From the NCBI GenBank assembly GCA_963707985.1, contig CAVPRW010000018.1, positions 32,001 to 96,000 of the forward strand: 64,000 nucleotides of DNA, written 5' to 3'. Source of the stretch: an uncultured Nitrospinota bacterium. Lineage in GTDB: Bacteria > Tectomicrobia > Entotheonellia > J063 > CAVPRW01. The position numbers were made by a program, and so were the translations under genes. Within the stretch, counting starts at the first letter, position 1; each line of letters starts with the position of its first letter. Below, in pieces: positions 48,500-58,399 of this stretch. The notes beneath the pieces are model-generated. The model was not told the DNA's origin. It saw nothing but the letters and a program-made list of their open reading frames with translations, and searched no databases.

Positions 48500-48521
48500 C
48501 CAGAGGGGTTTACCCCTCTGG
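48500..48521. other. Perfect hairpin downstream of the putative variable region
   Basis: ccagagggg-ttta-cccctctgg, preceded by ctctg tandem repeats 48456-48490. Confidence 0.6.
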
Positions 48522-48744
48522 TCGTTTTTCGCGGGACGTATGGGAGTGGGAGGCAATCGGGGCAATTGCGTCAATATCAGCTCCTGCCCAAAAGCCAAGG
48601 TCTTGCACTATCGCTGGCAGGGGTATGCGGGAGATACGGTTTCGGCGGCCAGGCGACGATCCTGCCCAACCGCCCATAGTCATGCCCGAGCCTCTCGCTC
48701 ATCGTCGATGATCCAAAACGAATTTGTCGGCGCACACAGGCTGG

Positions 48745-50097
48745 TTAATGTGCTGCCGCTGCCAACTGCGATATCTCCGCCATGTCTTTGATCTGCCCTA
48801 GATGTCCTACTGCTTCGATGATTCCGTCGGCCTGTTTGGTGCTGATGATCGGTGCCGTGAAGCGTCGAAACTTCTGGCAAATCTCTTCCCAGGTAAATGG
48901 ATTCCGCGGTGAGCCCTTGTGGGGCCTGGTCGGCAGGGTATATGTGCGGCCCTGACATTCCAGAGACACTTCCGCAGGGTACACGCCAGGCCCCGCATGC
49001 GCATCGGCCTCGACTGGGATCAACTCGATACGCTGCGCTAGATCGCGCACCATGGGGTCCTGCACCGCTGCATCGTTATAGAGGAGCGGATTGGACAGAT
49101 CGCGCGTCAGGGCAACGGCGGCGGTGAAGGGCAGGCTGTACTGGCCGCCCATGATGGTGTCGGGGTCGCGCACGGCATGGCGCTCATCCATGATGTGTTG
49201 GTCGCCACGGATGACGACGCGGGTGATAGCCTGGGGATCGATGGCGTGTTGCTGCTTCAACTCCTGGATGGCCTGTACCACGGCCTGCTGCGTCACATGC
49301 GCGGGGTAGGATTTAAGCGACAGGGGCTGGATGGCCCAGGTGGTTCCGAGCCCGTCCAGCAGCCGGTCCAGCTTCGTTGGCAGCGAAAAGGCGTTGTAAT
49401 AGCCATAGCGACCCTCCAGCACGGTGGCCGGGCCACGGAAGCCTTGCCGGGCCAGGAGCGCACTTTCAAGTCCGAGTTGACTGGCTCGGCCCAGGTGCAG
49501 ACGCTTGGTATCGGCACCGCTCCAGGCGAACTCCAGCAGTCCGGCACTGCCCGAGCCGGCGATCCCCAGGGCATTGGTCAGGACCTCGGCGTCGAAGCCA
49601 TAGAGCTTCCCCACCGCTGCAGCGGCGCCGAAGGGTCCCTGAGTGCCGGGATTGTGAAAGCCGCGGGTCGTTTCCAGACCCACCGCCGTGCGGGCGATGC
49701 GGGCGGAGACTTCAAATCCCACGGCCAGGGCGGTGATGAAGGCGCTGCCGTCGAGATGCTCACGTTCGCAGACGGCCAGCGCTGCCGGCAGGACGGTGCC
49801 ACTGGCGTGCGACCCGGTAAGCGGCTCGCATTCGAAGGCACCGATCAACGCCCCATTGGCCAGGGCGGCGCGGGAGATGTCGACACGCCAGGACTGGTTG
49901 ATGACCGAGGCGTCCGGTTTGCCCCCCAGCTCATGGACTAACTCGACTACCATCTTGGCCCATGGTTGGGCGGTTCCAATCATGCCTGCGGCCAGGGTGT
50001 CGAGCACGATGATCTTGAAGTCCGCAATCAAGCTCGACGGCAGGTTGGCAAAGTGGGTGGTGGCGACAAATTCGGCCAGCTGGCGTGTCTCGTGCAT
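48745..50097 (-). CDS. MmgE/PrpD-family protein
   Basis: AALANG, GFH, K.LH.G, LEGRYG, KSYP, QYSLPF, KGSP.NP. Confidence 0.88.
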   Translation of the reverse strand: MHETRQLAEFVATTHFANLPSSLIADFKIIVLDTLAAGMIGTAQPWAKMVVELVHELGGKPDASVINQSWRVDISRAALANGALIGAFECEPLTGSHASGTVLPAALAVCEREHLDGSAFITALAVGFEVSARIARTAVGLETTRGFHNPGTQGPFGAAAAVGKLYGFDAEVLTNALGIAGSGSAGLLEFAWSGADTKRLHLGRASQLGLESALLARQGFRGPATVLEGRYGYYNAFSLPTKLDRLLDGLGTTWAIQPLSLKSYPAHVTQQAVVQAIQELKQQHAIDPQAITRVVIRGDQHIMDERHAVRDPDTIMGGQYSLPFTAAVALTRDLSNPLLYNDAAVQDPMVRDLAQRIELIPVEADAHAGPGVYPAEVSLECQGRTYTLPTRPHKGSPRNPFTWEEICQKFRRFTAPIISTKQADGIIEAVGHLGQIKDMAEISQLAAAAH

Positions 50098-50184
50098 GGT
50101 TGCTCTCCTCTGCCGGTGAAATCTTCTCGCAAGTCGATGCCGTCGATGATATACACTTCCGGGTGCATTTGTCACGCGGCGCTT

Positions 50185-50348
50185 GCCCTCACCCTCTCCT
50201 AGCTGAGGCGCCAGGAGAAGAGCAGGACAACGTCGGTGGGGAGCCATATGCTCCCTCTCCCAATGGGAGAGGGCCGGGGTGAGGGAAGCTCAAGCGCTCG
50301 ATCACGCCCTGCCGCCCTCACCCTAACCCTCTCCCGGAGGGAGAGGGA
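50185..50348. repeat. Cluster of CCCTCTCCC/GGGAGAGGG palindromic repeats (related copies near 17400, 30435-30540, 35640-35735, 41056-41092)
   Basis: ccctctccc-aat-gggagagggccggggtgaggg and inverted copy ccctcaccctaaccctctcccggagggagaggg. Confidence 0.7.
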
Positions 50349-50397
50349 ATTTCACCTGAGGGGGATCAGCACGACCAGCATGGGAAAGGAGACGCAT

Positions 50398-51276
50398 ATG
50401 TTCGAAAGCTTCGAGCAGCGACAGATCACCACCAGCGGCACCACCATCAACCTGGTCAGGAGGGGCGACGGGCCACCCCTGTTATTGCTGCACGGCTACC
50501 CGCAATCGCACATCATGTGGCATAAGATCGCGCCACGCCTGGCGCAGGATTTCACCGTCGTGGCCGCGGATCTACGCGGCTATGGCGACAGCGGCAAGCC
50601 GCACGGCGATCCGCAACATCTGAACTATGCCAAGCGCGCCATGGCGCAGGATATGGTCGAGGTCATGCAACAGCTCGGCTACGAGTCATTCCTGCTGGTG
50701 GGCCACGATCGGGGTGCGCGGGTGTCTCATCGACTGGCCAAGGATCATCCGCAACGCGTGCGGCGGATGGCGTTGCTGGACATTATCCCGACTCACAAAA
50801 TGTTCAAGATCGTCAACAAAGAGATGGCGACGAATACGTATCACTGGTTCTTCCTCATCCAACCCTACGATTTCCCTGAGCGCATCATCGGTGCAGGGGC
50901 CGACTACTTCATTCGCTCGCGCTTCGAGCGCTCCAAGGATGCAGCCAAGGCCTTTCCCCCCGAGGCCGTGGCGGAGTATGTGCGTTGCGCCTGCGAGCCA
51001 GCGGCCATACACGCCATGTGCGAGGATTATCGCGCCGGAGCGAGCATCGACCTGATACATGATGAGGCCGATTTCGCCAACAAGGTCACCTGCCCGCTGT
51101 TCCTGCTGTGGAGCGCCACCGGGTATGTCGGACGCACCCAGGATGTCCTTGGAGTCTGGCGTGAGTATGCCACCGATGTATGTGGCCAGTCGCTGCCATG
51201 TGGCCATCATCTTCCCGAAGAGATGCCGGACGAGACGTATGCCGTGTTGCACCCCTTTTTATCTGGGCAAGGATAA
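50398..51276 (+). CDS. Haloacetate (fluoroacetate) dehalogenase-like alpha/beta hydrolase
   Basis: HGYPQ, GHDRGAR, YHWFF, DYRA, GH.LPEE. Confidence 0.8.
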   Translation: MFESFEQRQITTSGTTINLVRRGDGPPLLLLHGYPQSHIMWHKIAPRLAQDFTVVAADLRGYGDSGKPHGDPQHLNYAKRAMAQDMVEVMQQLGYESFLLVGHDRGARVSHRLAKDHPQRVRRMALLDIIPTHKMFKIVNKEMATNTYHWFFLIQPYDFPERIIGAGADYFIRSRFERSKDAAKAFPPEAVAEYVRCACEPAAIHAMCEDYRAGASIDLIHDEADFANKVTCPLFLLWSATGYVGRTQDVLGVWREYATDVCGQSLPCGHHLPEEMPDETYAVLHPFLSGQG

Positions 51277-51409
51277 CAGCGCAGGCGACGTTGACAATCA
51301 GCTTCTCCCTCAATTTCCTGAACGCCCACCACCACGAGCTCATGTGACCCCAAGGGGATGCGGAAGCGTATCCCCTTGGCACCCATCCGCAGTGGCACCA
51401 GTTTTGCGC

Positions 51410-52032
51410 AATGTCACTAGCAGCCGACTCAGATGAGCTGGTGGGCCTGTTCATCAATACCCTACCGTTCCGAAGCCGCCTGTCCCCTGGGCTTGAGCTC
51501 ATCCCCTGGCTCAATGAGCTGCGCGACGCCCAGCTGGCGATTAGATCGCATGAACATACCCCACTCATGAAGATCTAGGCGTGGGCGGGTGTGTCAGCGG
51601 GGACATCTTTGTTTGAAGGTGTCAAGTACAGTAGTGATCAGGGCATCGAAACCCTGTCCTAGCACGGTGTCATCACTACCTAAATTGACACCCTGCATCC
51701 TGCGGGAATACGCACTACTAGGCATCTGGAACCCGCAGGTGCAACAGTTAAGGCATCTCAAGCGCACCAATATCCAGACGGCGCGGTCCTACGCCCCTCG
51801 GCTAGATACCGGCAAGCTCACGATCATCCGGGCCCAGAAGCAACACGCCACCGCAGGCTCGGATCCAGGACTGGGGTGGGGTAGACTGGTAACGGGAGGG
51901 ATTGAGGTCGACGAGATTCCAGGCAACCATTATACCATGTTTATTTCACCGCATCTCAACAGCCTGGCGCAACAATTGGCCGCCTGTTTGGAGGCGAGTA
52001 GGGGGAGTCCTCGTGCAGCACCCCAATGTTAG
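51410..52032 (+). pseudogene. NRPS remnants: condensation-domain piece and thioesterase C-terminus
   Basis: LVGLFINTLPFR...HEHTPL then stop; GW...IPGNHYTM...LAQQL. Confidence 0.65.
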
Positions 52033-52508
52033 CGCCCAGCCGGTGTCAATGCCTCTTCCAGCATGCCCAACACGGCATCGACGATGCCAGACATGATCTG
52101 CTCCCGATCGCCCGGCAGATGCAACTCGCGCTCGATGGCACGCTCAGGGGTGACCACCGAAGCCCACACCGTGCCGATGGGCAACCCCGACCGGCCAACG
52201 CCTGGACCAGCCACACCACTTTCGGCCACTCCCACCTGCGTGCCGCTGATGCGTCGCACGCCCTCCGCCATAGCGTGTACCGCGGCCTGATGGGTCGACC
52301 CGCGCTCGGTGTAGAGGTCCGGCGGCATCCCTAGTGTGTCCAATTTTGCCGCTCGACTGTAGGCGATCACACCGCGCTCGTAATACCGTGATGACCCGGG
52401 CACGGCGAGCAGGGCAGCTGAGATCAACCCGCCTGCCGTCGATTCCGCCACACCGATTTTCCATCCCCGTGCCAGCAACAATTCTCCCACGCGTTCCGCA
52501 CGACTCAT
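52029..52508 (-). CDS. CinA C-terminal / NMN deamidase family
   Basis: AESTAGG, GSS, SGVAGP. Confidence 0.85.
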   Translation of the reverse strand: MSRAERVGELLLARGWKIGVAESTAGGLISAALLAVPGSSRYYERGVIAYSRAAKLDTLGMPPDLYTERGSTHQAAVHAMAEGVRRISGTQVGVAESGVAGPGVGRSGLPIGTVWASVVTPERAIERELHLPGDREQIMSGIVDAVLGMLEEALTPAGR

Positions 52509-52917
52509 GTACTGCACTCCTTTCGTCTTCGATCCAATCGCCATACGGCCACTTTACACAAACTTCTTGATTAGGCAAGGAGGATTATTTCGTTCAATAC
52601 AGCAAGCCTATCCTAGCACGAAAGTCCCATAACACCCAACCGAAGTCACGCCATAAGCCCTAATTACCCGAGAATTGGCTGGCACTTCGAGCGCAGTGGG
52701 AGTACTCTCAAATTGTGAACACAGCTTCATCCCCTATCGGACTCGGGCGCATGCGCAGCAATTAGGTCGGTCGATTGAGGCGAAGTGGGCGTCAACGTGT
52801 CGTGCAGGTATATTATCAGTTGATGGCCGTATCGTGGAATACCCCACCGAGTGCCGACAAGCAAGGCCTTGGCCAGTGGTCTGCACCAGGGATGGGGACG
52901 CGGAGGGGAGGCGCACT

Positions 52918-53685
52918 GTGAACAGGTGGGAGGAGGTGTCGGAGGACGCCGAGCAGACGCGGGAGAAGGAGCAGGCCGCTGACCGTGCCGTGGAGTGTGT
53001 GGAATCGGGCATGGTAGTGGGGCTGGGCGCCGGGAGCACGGCGTTGCTGGCGGTTCGGCGCATCGGCCAGCTCTTGCGTGAGGGCCGACTGCGCGATATC
53101 GTCGGCGTTCCATGCTCAAGCGCGATCGAGGCGGAGGCCCGCGCGCTGGGCATCCCCATCACTCTGGATCCACCGGGGGTGGTGGACCTCACCATCGACG
53201 GCGCTGACGAGGTGGATCCCGAGCTGAACCTGATCAAGGGGGGCGGGGGAGCGTTGTTACACGAGAAAATCGTCGCGCAGGCCAGCCTTCGGGAGATTAT
53301 CATCATCGATGAGAGTAAGCTGTCGCCGGTTCTTGGCACCCACTGGCCACTGCCCGTCGAGGTCGTGCCGTTTGTGGGGCAATCCCAGAAACGTTTCCTC
53401 ACCTCTCTGGGGGCTCGCGTCACCGTGCGACAGCAGCACGACGGCACGCCGTTCAGGACCGATCAGGGGAACTTGATTCTCGATTGCGCGTTCGGTCCTA
53501 TCCTGCGACCGGCGGAGTTGGCAGCCAAGCTGGACGCGCGGACCGGAATCGTCGAGCATGGGTTGTTTATCGGGCTGGCGACAGAGGTCATCGTCGCCGG
53601 CATCAATGGCATCAGGCATCTGACACCGAAACAGCCCGACCGTCGAGCGTCGGACCGGGCTCTTGAGAAAGAAAGTCCACAATGA
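52918..53685 (+). CDS. rpiA: Ribose-5-phosphate isomerase A
   Basis: GLGAGST, DGADEVD, IKGGGGA, EK, TDQGN, VEHGLF. Confidence 0.95.
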   Translation: MNRWEEVSEDAEQTREKEQAADRAVECVESGMVVGLGAGSTALLAVRRIGQLLREGRLRDIVGVPCSSAIEAEARALGIPITLDPPGVVDLTIDGADEVDPELNLIKGGGGALLHEKIVAQASLREIIIIDESKLSPVLGTHWPLPVEVVPFVGQSQKRFLTSLGARVTVRQQHDGTPFRTDQGNLILDCAFGPILRPAELAAKLDARTGIVEHGLFIGLATEVIVAGINGIRHLTPKQPDRRASDRALEKESPQ

Positions 53686-53755
53686 CAGAGCCAGCGCAGC
53701 AGTGTGCAACCCACGTCATCATCCACCGCTAGCACACACATCGGGAGGTGATATC

Positions 53756-54670
53756 ATGGCACTCGGATATAATAAACCGTTATATATCCTGCCTTTTGAC
53801 CATCGTGGATCGTTCCAGACCGGGATGTTCGGCTGGAAGGGTATCTTGAGCCCCGAGCAGACGGCGCAGATCGCCGCCGCCAAGCAGGTGATCTACGACG
53901 GCTTCAAGGCCGCTGTGGCGGCCGGAGTTGCGAAAGAGCGAGCCGGCATATTGGTGGACGAGCAGTTCGGGGCCGCCATTTTGCAGGATGCCTCCAAACA
54001 CGGCTATGTGACTGCTGCCCCTGCGGAAAAAAGTGGGCAGGACGAGTTCGACTTCGAATATGGTGATGACTTTGCTCAGCACATCGAGACCTGCAACGTG
54101 ACCTTCTGCAAGGTCCTGGTGCGCTACAATACAGAGGCTGACAAGGACATGAACGCGCGCCAGACCCGGCGGTTGCGGCAACTGTCCGAGTATCTGCACC
54201 ACGCCAATCGCAAGTATATGTTTGAGTTGCTCGTACCGGCGACGCCAGAGCAACTGCAAGAGGTCGGTGGAGACCGCAAGAGCTATGATCTCGAGCGGCG
54301 TCCCGCCTTGATGGTGCGCGCTATCCGGGAGCTTCAAGAGGCGGGGGTTGAGCCAGACATCTGGAAGATCGAGGGACTGGATCGCCGTCAGGATTGTGTG
54401 CATGTGGCCGAGACCGCCCGTCGAGATGGGCGCGGCGACGTGGGCTGCATTGTCCTCGGACGGGGTGAGGACGAGGCACAGGTCCATACCTGGCTCACCA
54501 CAGCCGCTGGCGTGCCGGGATTTATCGGCTTTGCGGTCGGACGGACGACTTTTTGGGATCCACTGATTGCCTGGCGCGAGCAGAAGAGCTCTCGGGAAGC
54601 AGCGGTTGCCGAAATCGCCCGACGGTATCGGCAATGGGTCGATGTCTTCGCCAAGGCGCACGCATCCTGA
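53756..54670 (+). CDS. Stand-alone DUF2090 (IolC-associated) class I aldolase-like TIM barrel
   Basis: PFDHR, EKSG, KVLVRY, PDIWKIE, LGRG, GFAVGRT. Confidence 0.8.
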   Translation: MALGYNKPLYILPFDHRGSFQTGMFGWKGILSPEQTAQIAAAKQVIYDGFKAAVAAGVAKERAGILVDEQFGAAILQDASKHGYVTAAPAEKSGQDEFDFEYGDDFAQHIETCNVTFCKVLVRYNTEADKDMNARQTRRLRQLSEYLHHANRKYMFELLVPATPEQLQEVGGDRKSYDLERRPALMVRAIRELQEAGVEPDIWKIEGLDRRQDCVHVAETARRDGRGDVGCIVLGRGEDEAQVHTWLTTAAGVPGFIGFAVGRTTFWDPLIAWREQKSSREAAVAEIARRYRQWVDVFAKAHAS

Positions 54671-54687
54671 CGGAGGTACACATCCCT

Positions 54688-55476
54688 ATGGCCATTCCCA
54701 ACATCCTCGCGCTCGACTTCGACGGGGTCCTCTGCGACGGGATGCGTGAGTACTTTGAAACCACCCGCCGGACCTATATGAAGGTCTGGCCCACCGACGC
54801 CACGCCCGGTGACGATCTCTTCCCAGCGTTTCGTGCACTCCGGCCGGTGATCATGACCGGTTGGGAGATGCCGATCATGCTGCGGGCCATTGTCAAGGGA
54901 CGCCCCATCCCCGCTGTTCTCCATGGTTGGGAGAAGGTCCGTGATGCACTGGTGAACGAAGGACCACTACAGGGCACCGCGCTGGTGAGCCTGCTGGCCC
55001 ACACGCTCGACGCGGTCAGGAGCGAGTGGATCGCCGCCGACCCCCGCGACTGGCTGGAACGCAATGTACCGTATTGCTCGTTAGAAGAGGTGCGCCGCCT
55101 GGTCGCAGAACCCGAGCGCACCGTGCTCGTCACCACGAAGGAAGGGGAATTCGCCCGCCAGATCCTCGACCACTGGAGCGTGCACCTGGCGGATATTCAG
55201 GGAAAGGAAGCCGGCACCCACAAATGTGACAACCTCCGCGGCCTCATCGCTCATGATACAGAGGTCTATGGGCGGCGACCGCTTCTGTGGTTCGTCGAAG
55301 ACCGGCTTGAGACGCTCCAACACGTCACCACCCACGCCGATCTGGCAGATGTCGGGCTCTTCCTGGCTGACTGGGGCTATAACACCGCGGAGACCAGGGC
55401 TGCGGTGCAGGAAGGCGGACGTATCCGCCTACTCACTCTCGATCGGTTCAGGCAAGGTCTCACGGTGTGGCTCTAA
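54688..55476 (+). CDS. HAD-family hydrolase
   Basis: DFDGV, TTK, FVEDR, WGY. Confidence 0.8.
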   Translation: MAIPNILALDFDGVLCDGMREYFETTRRTYMKVWPTDATPGDDLFPAFRALRPVIMTGWEMPIMLRAIVKGRPIPAVLHGWEKVRDALVNEGPLQGTALVSLLAHTLDAVRSEWIAADPRDWLERNVPYCSLEEVRRLVAEPERTVLVTTKEGEFARQILDHWSVHLADIQGKEAGTHKCDNLRGLIAHDTEVYGRRPLLWFVEDRLETLQHVTTHADLADVGLFLADWGYNTAETRAAVQEGGRIRLLTLDRFRQGLTVWL

Positions 55477-55594
55477 GGACTGATTCCCGCAAATCATGGC
55501 TCTGGCATTACTGAAGTTGCCGCTGTCGTGATTGGCGTTGCTCGGCGTCGGCGTGCTGTTGGCGGTTAGCGGCTTACTCATGAAGCCTAAACGG

Positions 55595-56485
55595 TCATCC
55601 ATTATGCTGCGACCGCATCGCCCGCAGGCCTTCCTCCACCGTCAGGGGTGTCATCTGCAACAGGCCACTAAGCCTCGCACTATTCATCGAACAATCCCGT
55701 GGTCGCGCGGCTCGCCCCACGGTAGAGCCCATCTCGATGGGTTTGAGCAACGCATGGGGCAGATCAAACATCTCGCAAAGCGTCAGGCCAAAAGCATACC
55801 GATTGATGCGTTCCCCACCACCGAGATTGAACGTCCCATGGACCTCCGGTGTGTCGATCAGCCGCCTAATAGCATCTGATGCCTGAACGACGTAGAGGGG
55901 GGTTCGGTACTGATCAGTAAACAAGGGCACCTCTTGTCCCTGGCGCAATCGTTGTACTAGCCAGTCCACAAAGTTCAACCGGGTAGAGCTGCCCCAACCA
56001 TACATCAGCGCTAAGCGCAAGATCACTGTCTGTGGACAGATGGCTGTTGCCCTGCGCTCCCCCTCCAGCTTCGACCGCCCATACACCATTAATGGCTGCG
56101 GAACATCCGCATCGTCGTAATACCCTTTGACCCCGTCGTACACCTGGTCGGTCGAGATGGAGATTAACCTGGCACCGACCGCCACCGCCGCCCGTGCGAC
56201 GGCTTCCGTCCCCTGAACATTGACGCCATGCGCGGCATCGGGGTGCCGTTCACAGGCATCGACATCACTCAGTGCGGCGGTGTGGACGACCACGTCAGGA
56301 TGAAATGTCGTAAACGCCTCATGCACCGTTTCCACGTCGGTCAGATCGAGTCGGATCAGCTCACACGTGTCACGCACTTGATTCTGGCTGTGGTATGTCC
56401 CCAGCACGGTATAACGATCCTTGAGGGCCTCTGTGACATATCGCCCCAAAAAGCCGCTGCCACCAGTCACCAGGATGCGTTTCAT
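55595..56485 (-). CDS. RfbD-like extended SDR reductase
   Basis: TGGSGFLG, STDQVYDG, YGRSK, RP. Confidence 0.85.
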   Translation of the reverse strand: MKRILVTGGSGFLGRYVTEALKDRYTVLGTYHSQNQVRDTCELIRLDLTDVETVHEAFTTFHPDVVVHTAALSDVDACERHPDAAHGVNVQGTEAVARAAVAVGARLISISTDQVYDGVKGYYDDADVPQPLMVYGRSKLEGERRATAICPQTVILRLALMYGWGSSTRLNFVDWLVQRLRQGQEVPLFTDQYRTPLYVVQASDAIRRLIDTPEVHGTFNLGGGERINRYAFGLTLCEMFDLPHALLKPIEMGSTVGRAARPRDCSMNSARLSGLLQMTPLTVEEGLRAMRSQHNG

Positions 56486-56513
56486 GTGAGCCCTCACCAC
56501 TCCACTTTCCAGC

Positions 56514-57389
56514 TTACTGTCCGGCTTGACTCAGATACCAATCCAGGATCTCCTCACCTGTCCAGAATAGCACACCAGAGTGTTCGGTGAGGTAGTGACA
56601 GACCTGGTCGAAATACTTGATGCGGTGCGGCACCCCGGTGATGTAGGGATGTACCGCAATGGCCATGCAGCGTGGGCGTGTCTCACCCTCAGCATATAAG
56701 GTATCGAACTGATCCCTTGTGCGTCGGAACAGCTCTTCGGCTGGATGATGTTGCAGCAGAAAGATAGGAATATCGTTCAGTTCCACCGTGTAGGGCAGCG
56801 TTACCAAGCGACCGCTCTTCACCCGCATCTCATACGGGAGATCATCGTTGACCCAATCGCAGACATATTCGATCCCCGCCTCTGCCAAGAGGTCGGGGGT
56901 CTCCCAGGTTTCCGTGAGCCCCGGACCCATCCAACCTCGCGGCGGTCGCCCACTCCTCTCGCGTATCGCTGCCATGGTCTGCCGAATCATGCCTGCCTGG
57001 TCCTGCTCCAATGTCATCGGACGCTGGATGTAGCTGTGACCCATAAGTTCCCAACCAGAGTTCAGCATCGCATCGACAAGACGCGGATAGGATGTGCAGA
57101 CCGAGCCGTTGAGCGACACCGTCGCTTTGATGCCGTACCGGTCCAGGAGCTCCTTAAGACGCCAGACGCCGACTCGCAAGCCATAGTCGTACCAGCTATA
57201 GTTCGGGACGTCAGGGGGTGGATTGGTGCCTCCGCCGGGTGGTGGTAAGATGGTGCGCGCCATGGGATGATGGATGTCCCATTCCTCGATATTGACGATG
57301 ACCCACACGGCGACGCGAGCGTTGTCGGGTAGCTTCAGCACCTTGCGGTCTACAATGGGCATGTAATCAAAGCGCTCCGTCCAGGCCAT
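56514..57389 (-). CDS. Polysaccharide-deacetylase-fold hydrolase (PuuE-like)
   Basis: NIEEW, YGLRVG, GHS, GWMGP, DDLP, AVHP. Confidence 0.82.
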   Translation of the reverse strand: MAWTERFDYMPIVDRKVLKLPDNARVAVWVIVNIEEWDIHHPMARTILPPPGGGTNPPPDVPNYSWYDYGLRVGVWRLKELLDRYGIKATVSLNGSVCTSYPRLVDAMLNSGWELMGHSYIQRPMTLEQDQAGMIRQTMAAIRERSGRPPRGWMGPGLTETWETPDLLAEAGIEYVCDWVNDDLPYEMRVKSGRLVTLPYTVELNDIPIFLLQHHPAEELFRRTRDQFDTLYAEGETRPRCMAIAVHPYITGVPHRIKYFDQVCHYLTEHSGVLFWTGEEILDWYLSQAGQ

Positions 57390-57677
57390 GGTCGCCTCCA
57401 GGTCGACGAGAAACGGATCGGTCTCTGGGATGATGCATTGTGCGCGCGATGGTGATGCCCCCATCATAGCGCGATCCCTCGGCAGGTCAATGCTTTTTCG
57501 CCTCCTGCCAATTGACTTCGGTCGCTGGGCACGAACGCGGCAGCCAGCAGCGCCTCGACCGACCGAGTGGTATCCGCATGCGCACGAGCATCGGATAGTA
57601 TTTCAACCGTGCAGATCGATAGTGCCTGAGGTCGCACTGTGCCTGAAGTTGCCACCGCCTCAAAGCAGGGAGTGGTT

Positions 57678-57760
57678 CATGACCTTCATCGCGGTCCAAT
57701 GTCCCCACTGGCACCGTGAGCAGATCGCTAAACGCGGCAAAACACCCAGAGGCAAAGCTG
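57678..57760 (+). pseudogene. IS1 InsA-like N-terminal fragment
   Basis: MTFIAVQCPHWHREQIAKRGKT. Confidence 0.55.
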
Positions 57761-58399
57761 CTCCGAACATCAAAGGTCTGCCCTCACACCGCGCAGCGGT
57801 ATGTCACTCCCGTCACAACATACGAGAACACTGCTGAAGATTTACACGTAGGGAAAATACCCGTTTGCATAGTGGCCCAAGTTGGCTTTCACTCGCCACG
57901 CAGCTCGATACGTGTAGAGGCAGGTGTCCGAAAAAGGTTCTGCCAATCGGTAATGCAATAGGCTGTTTTTACATACATGAAGCTGAACAGGTCTTCCGTC
58001 CGAGAAGGTCTACTATTCTGGATTGACCTCCCTGTGGCCGGAAATTACACGTCTCCCGAACTAACCCCTGATTCAGATGTGTAAGGTAACTCTGCCGCTG
58101 TGTGTGACCTAGTCAGTCGATGTGAGGCTCGGATTGTCAACGGCAGCCCGAGATAGATGCCGTGAAGGTGCCGCTCCCTAATATGTGCTATTCACTCCAG
58201 TAGCAACTTTTCGGTACGTAACAGTACTGAACTCGCTTGAAAAGTGTTAAGCACTCGGGTATGATGCACGTCAATTGTCGTCTCAGAAGTATGCCTAGGT
58301 ATCGTTTGCGAGTGGAGGGGTGTCTCATAAGAGAATGCCCACCACTGACAGATGAGGAAGCCCATATTTTTTAGGAGGCTTTCTGTCTAATCGTTGCTG

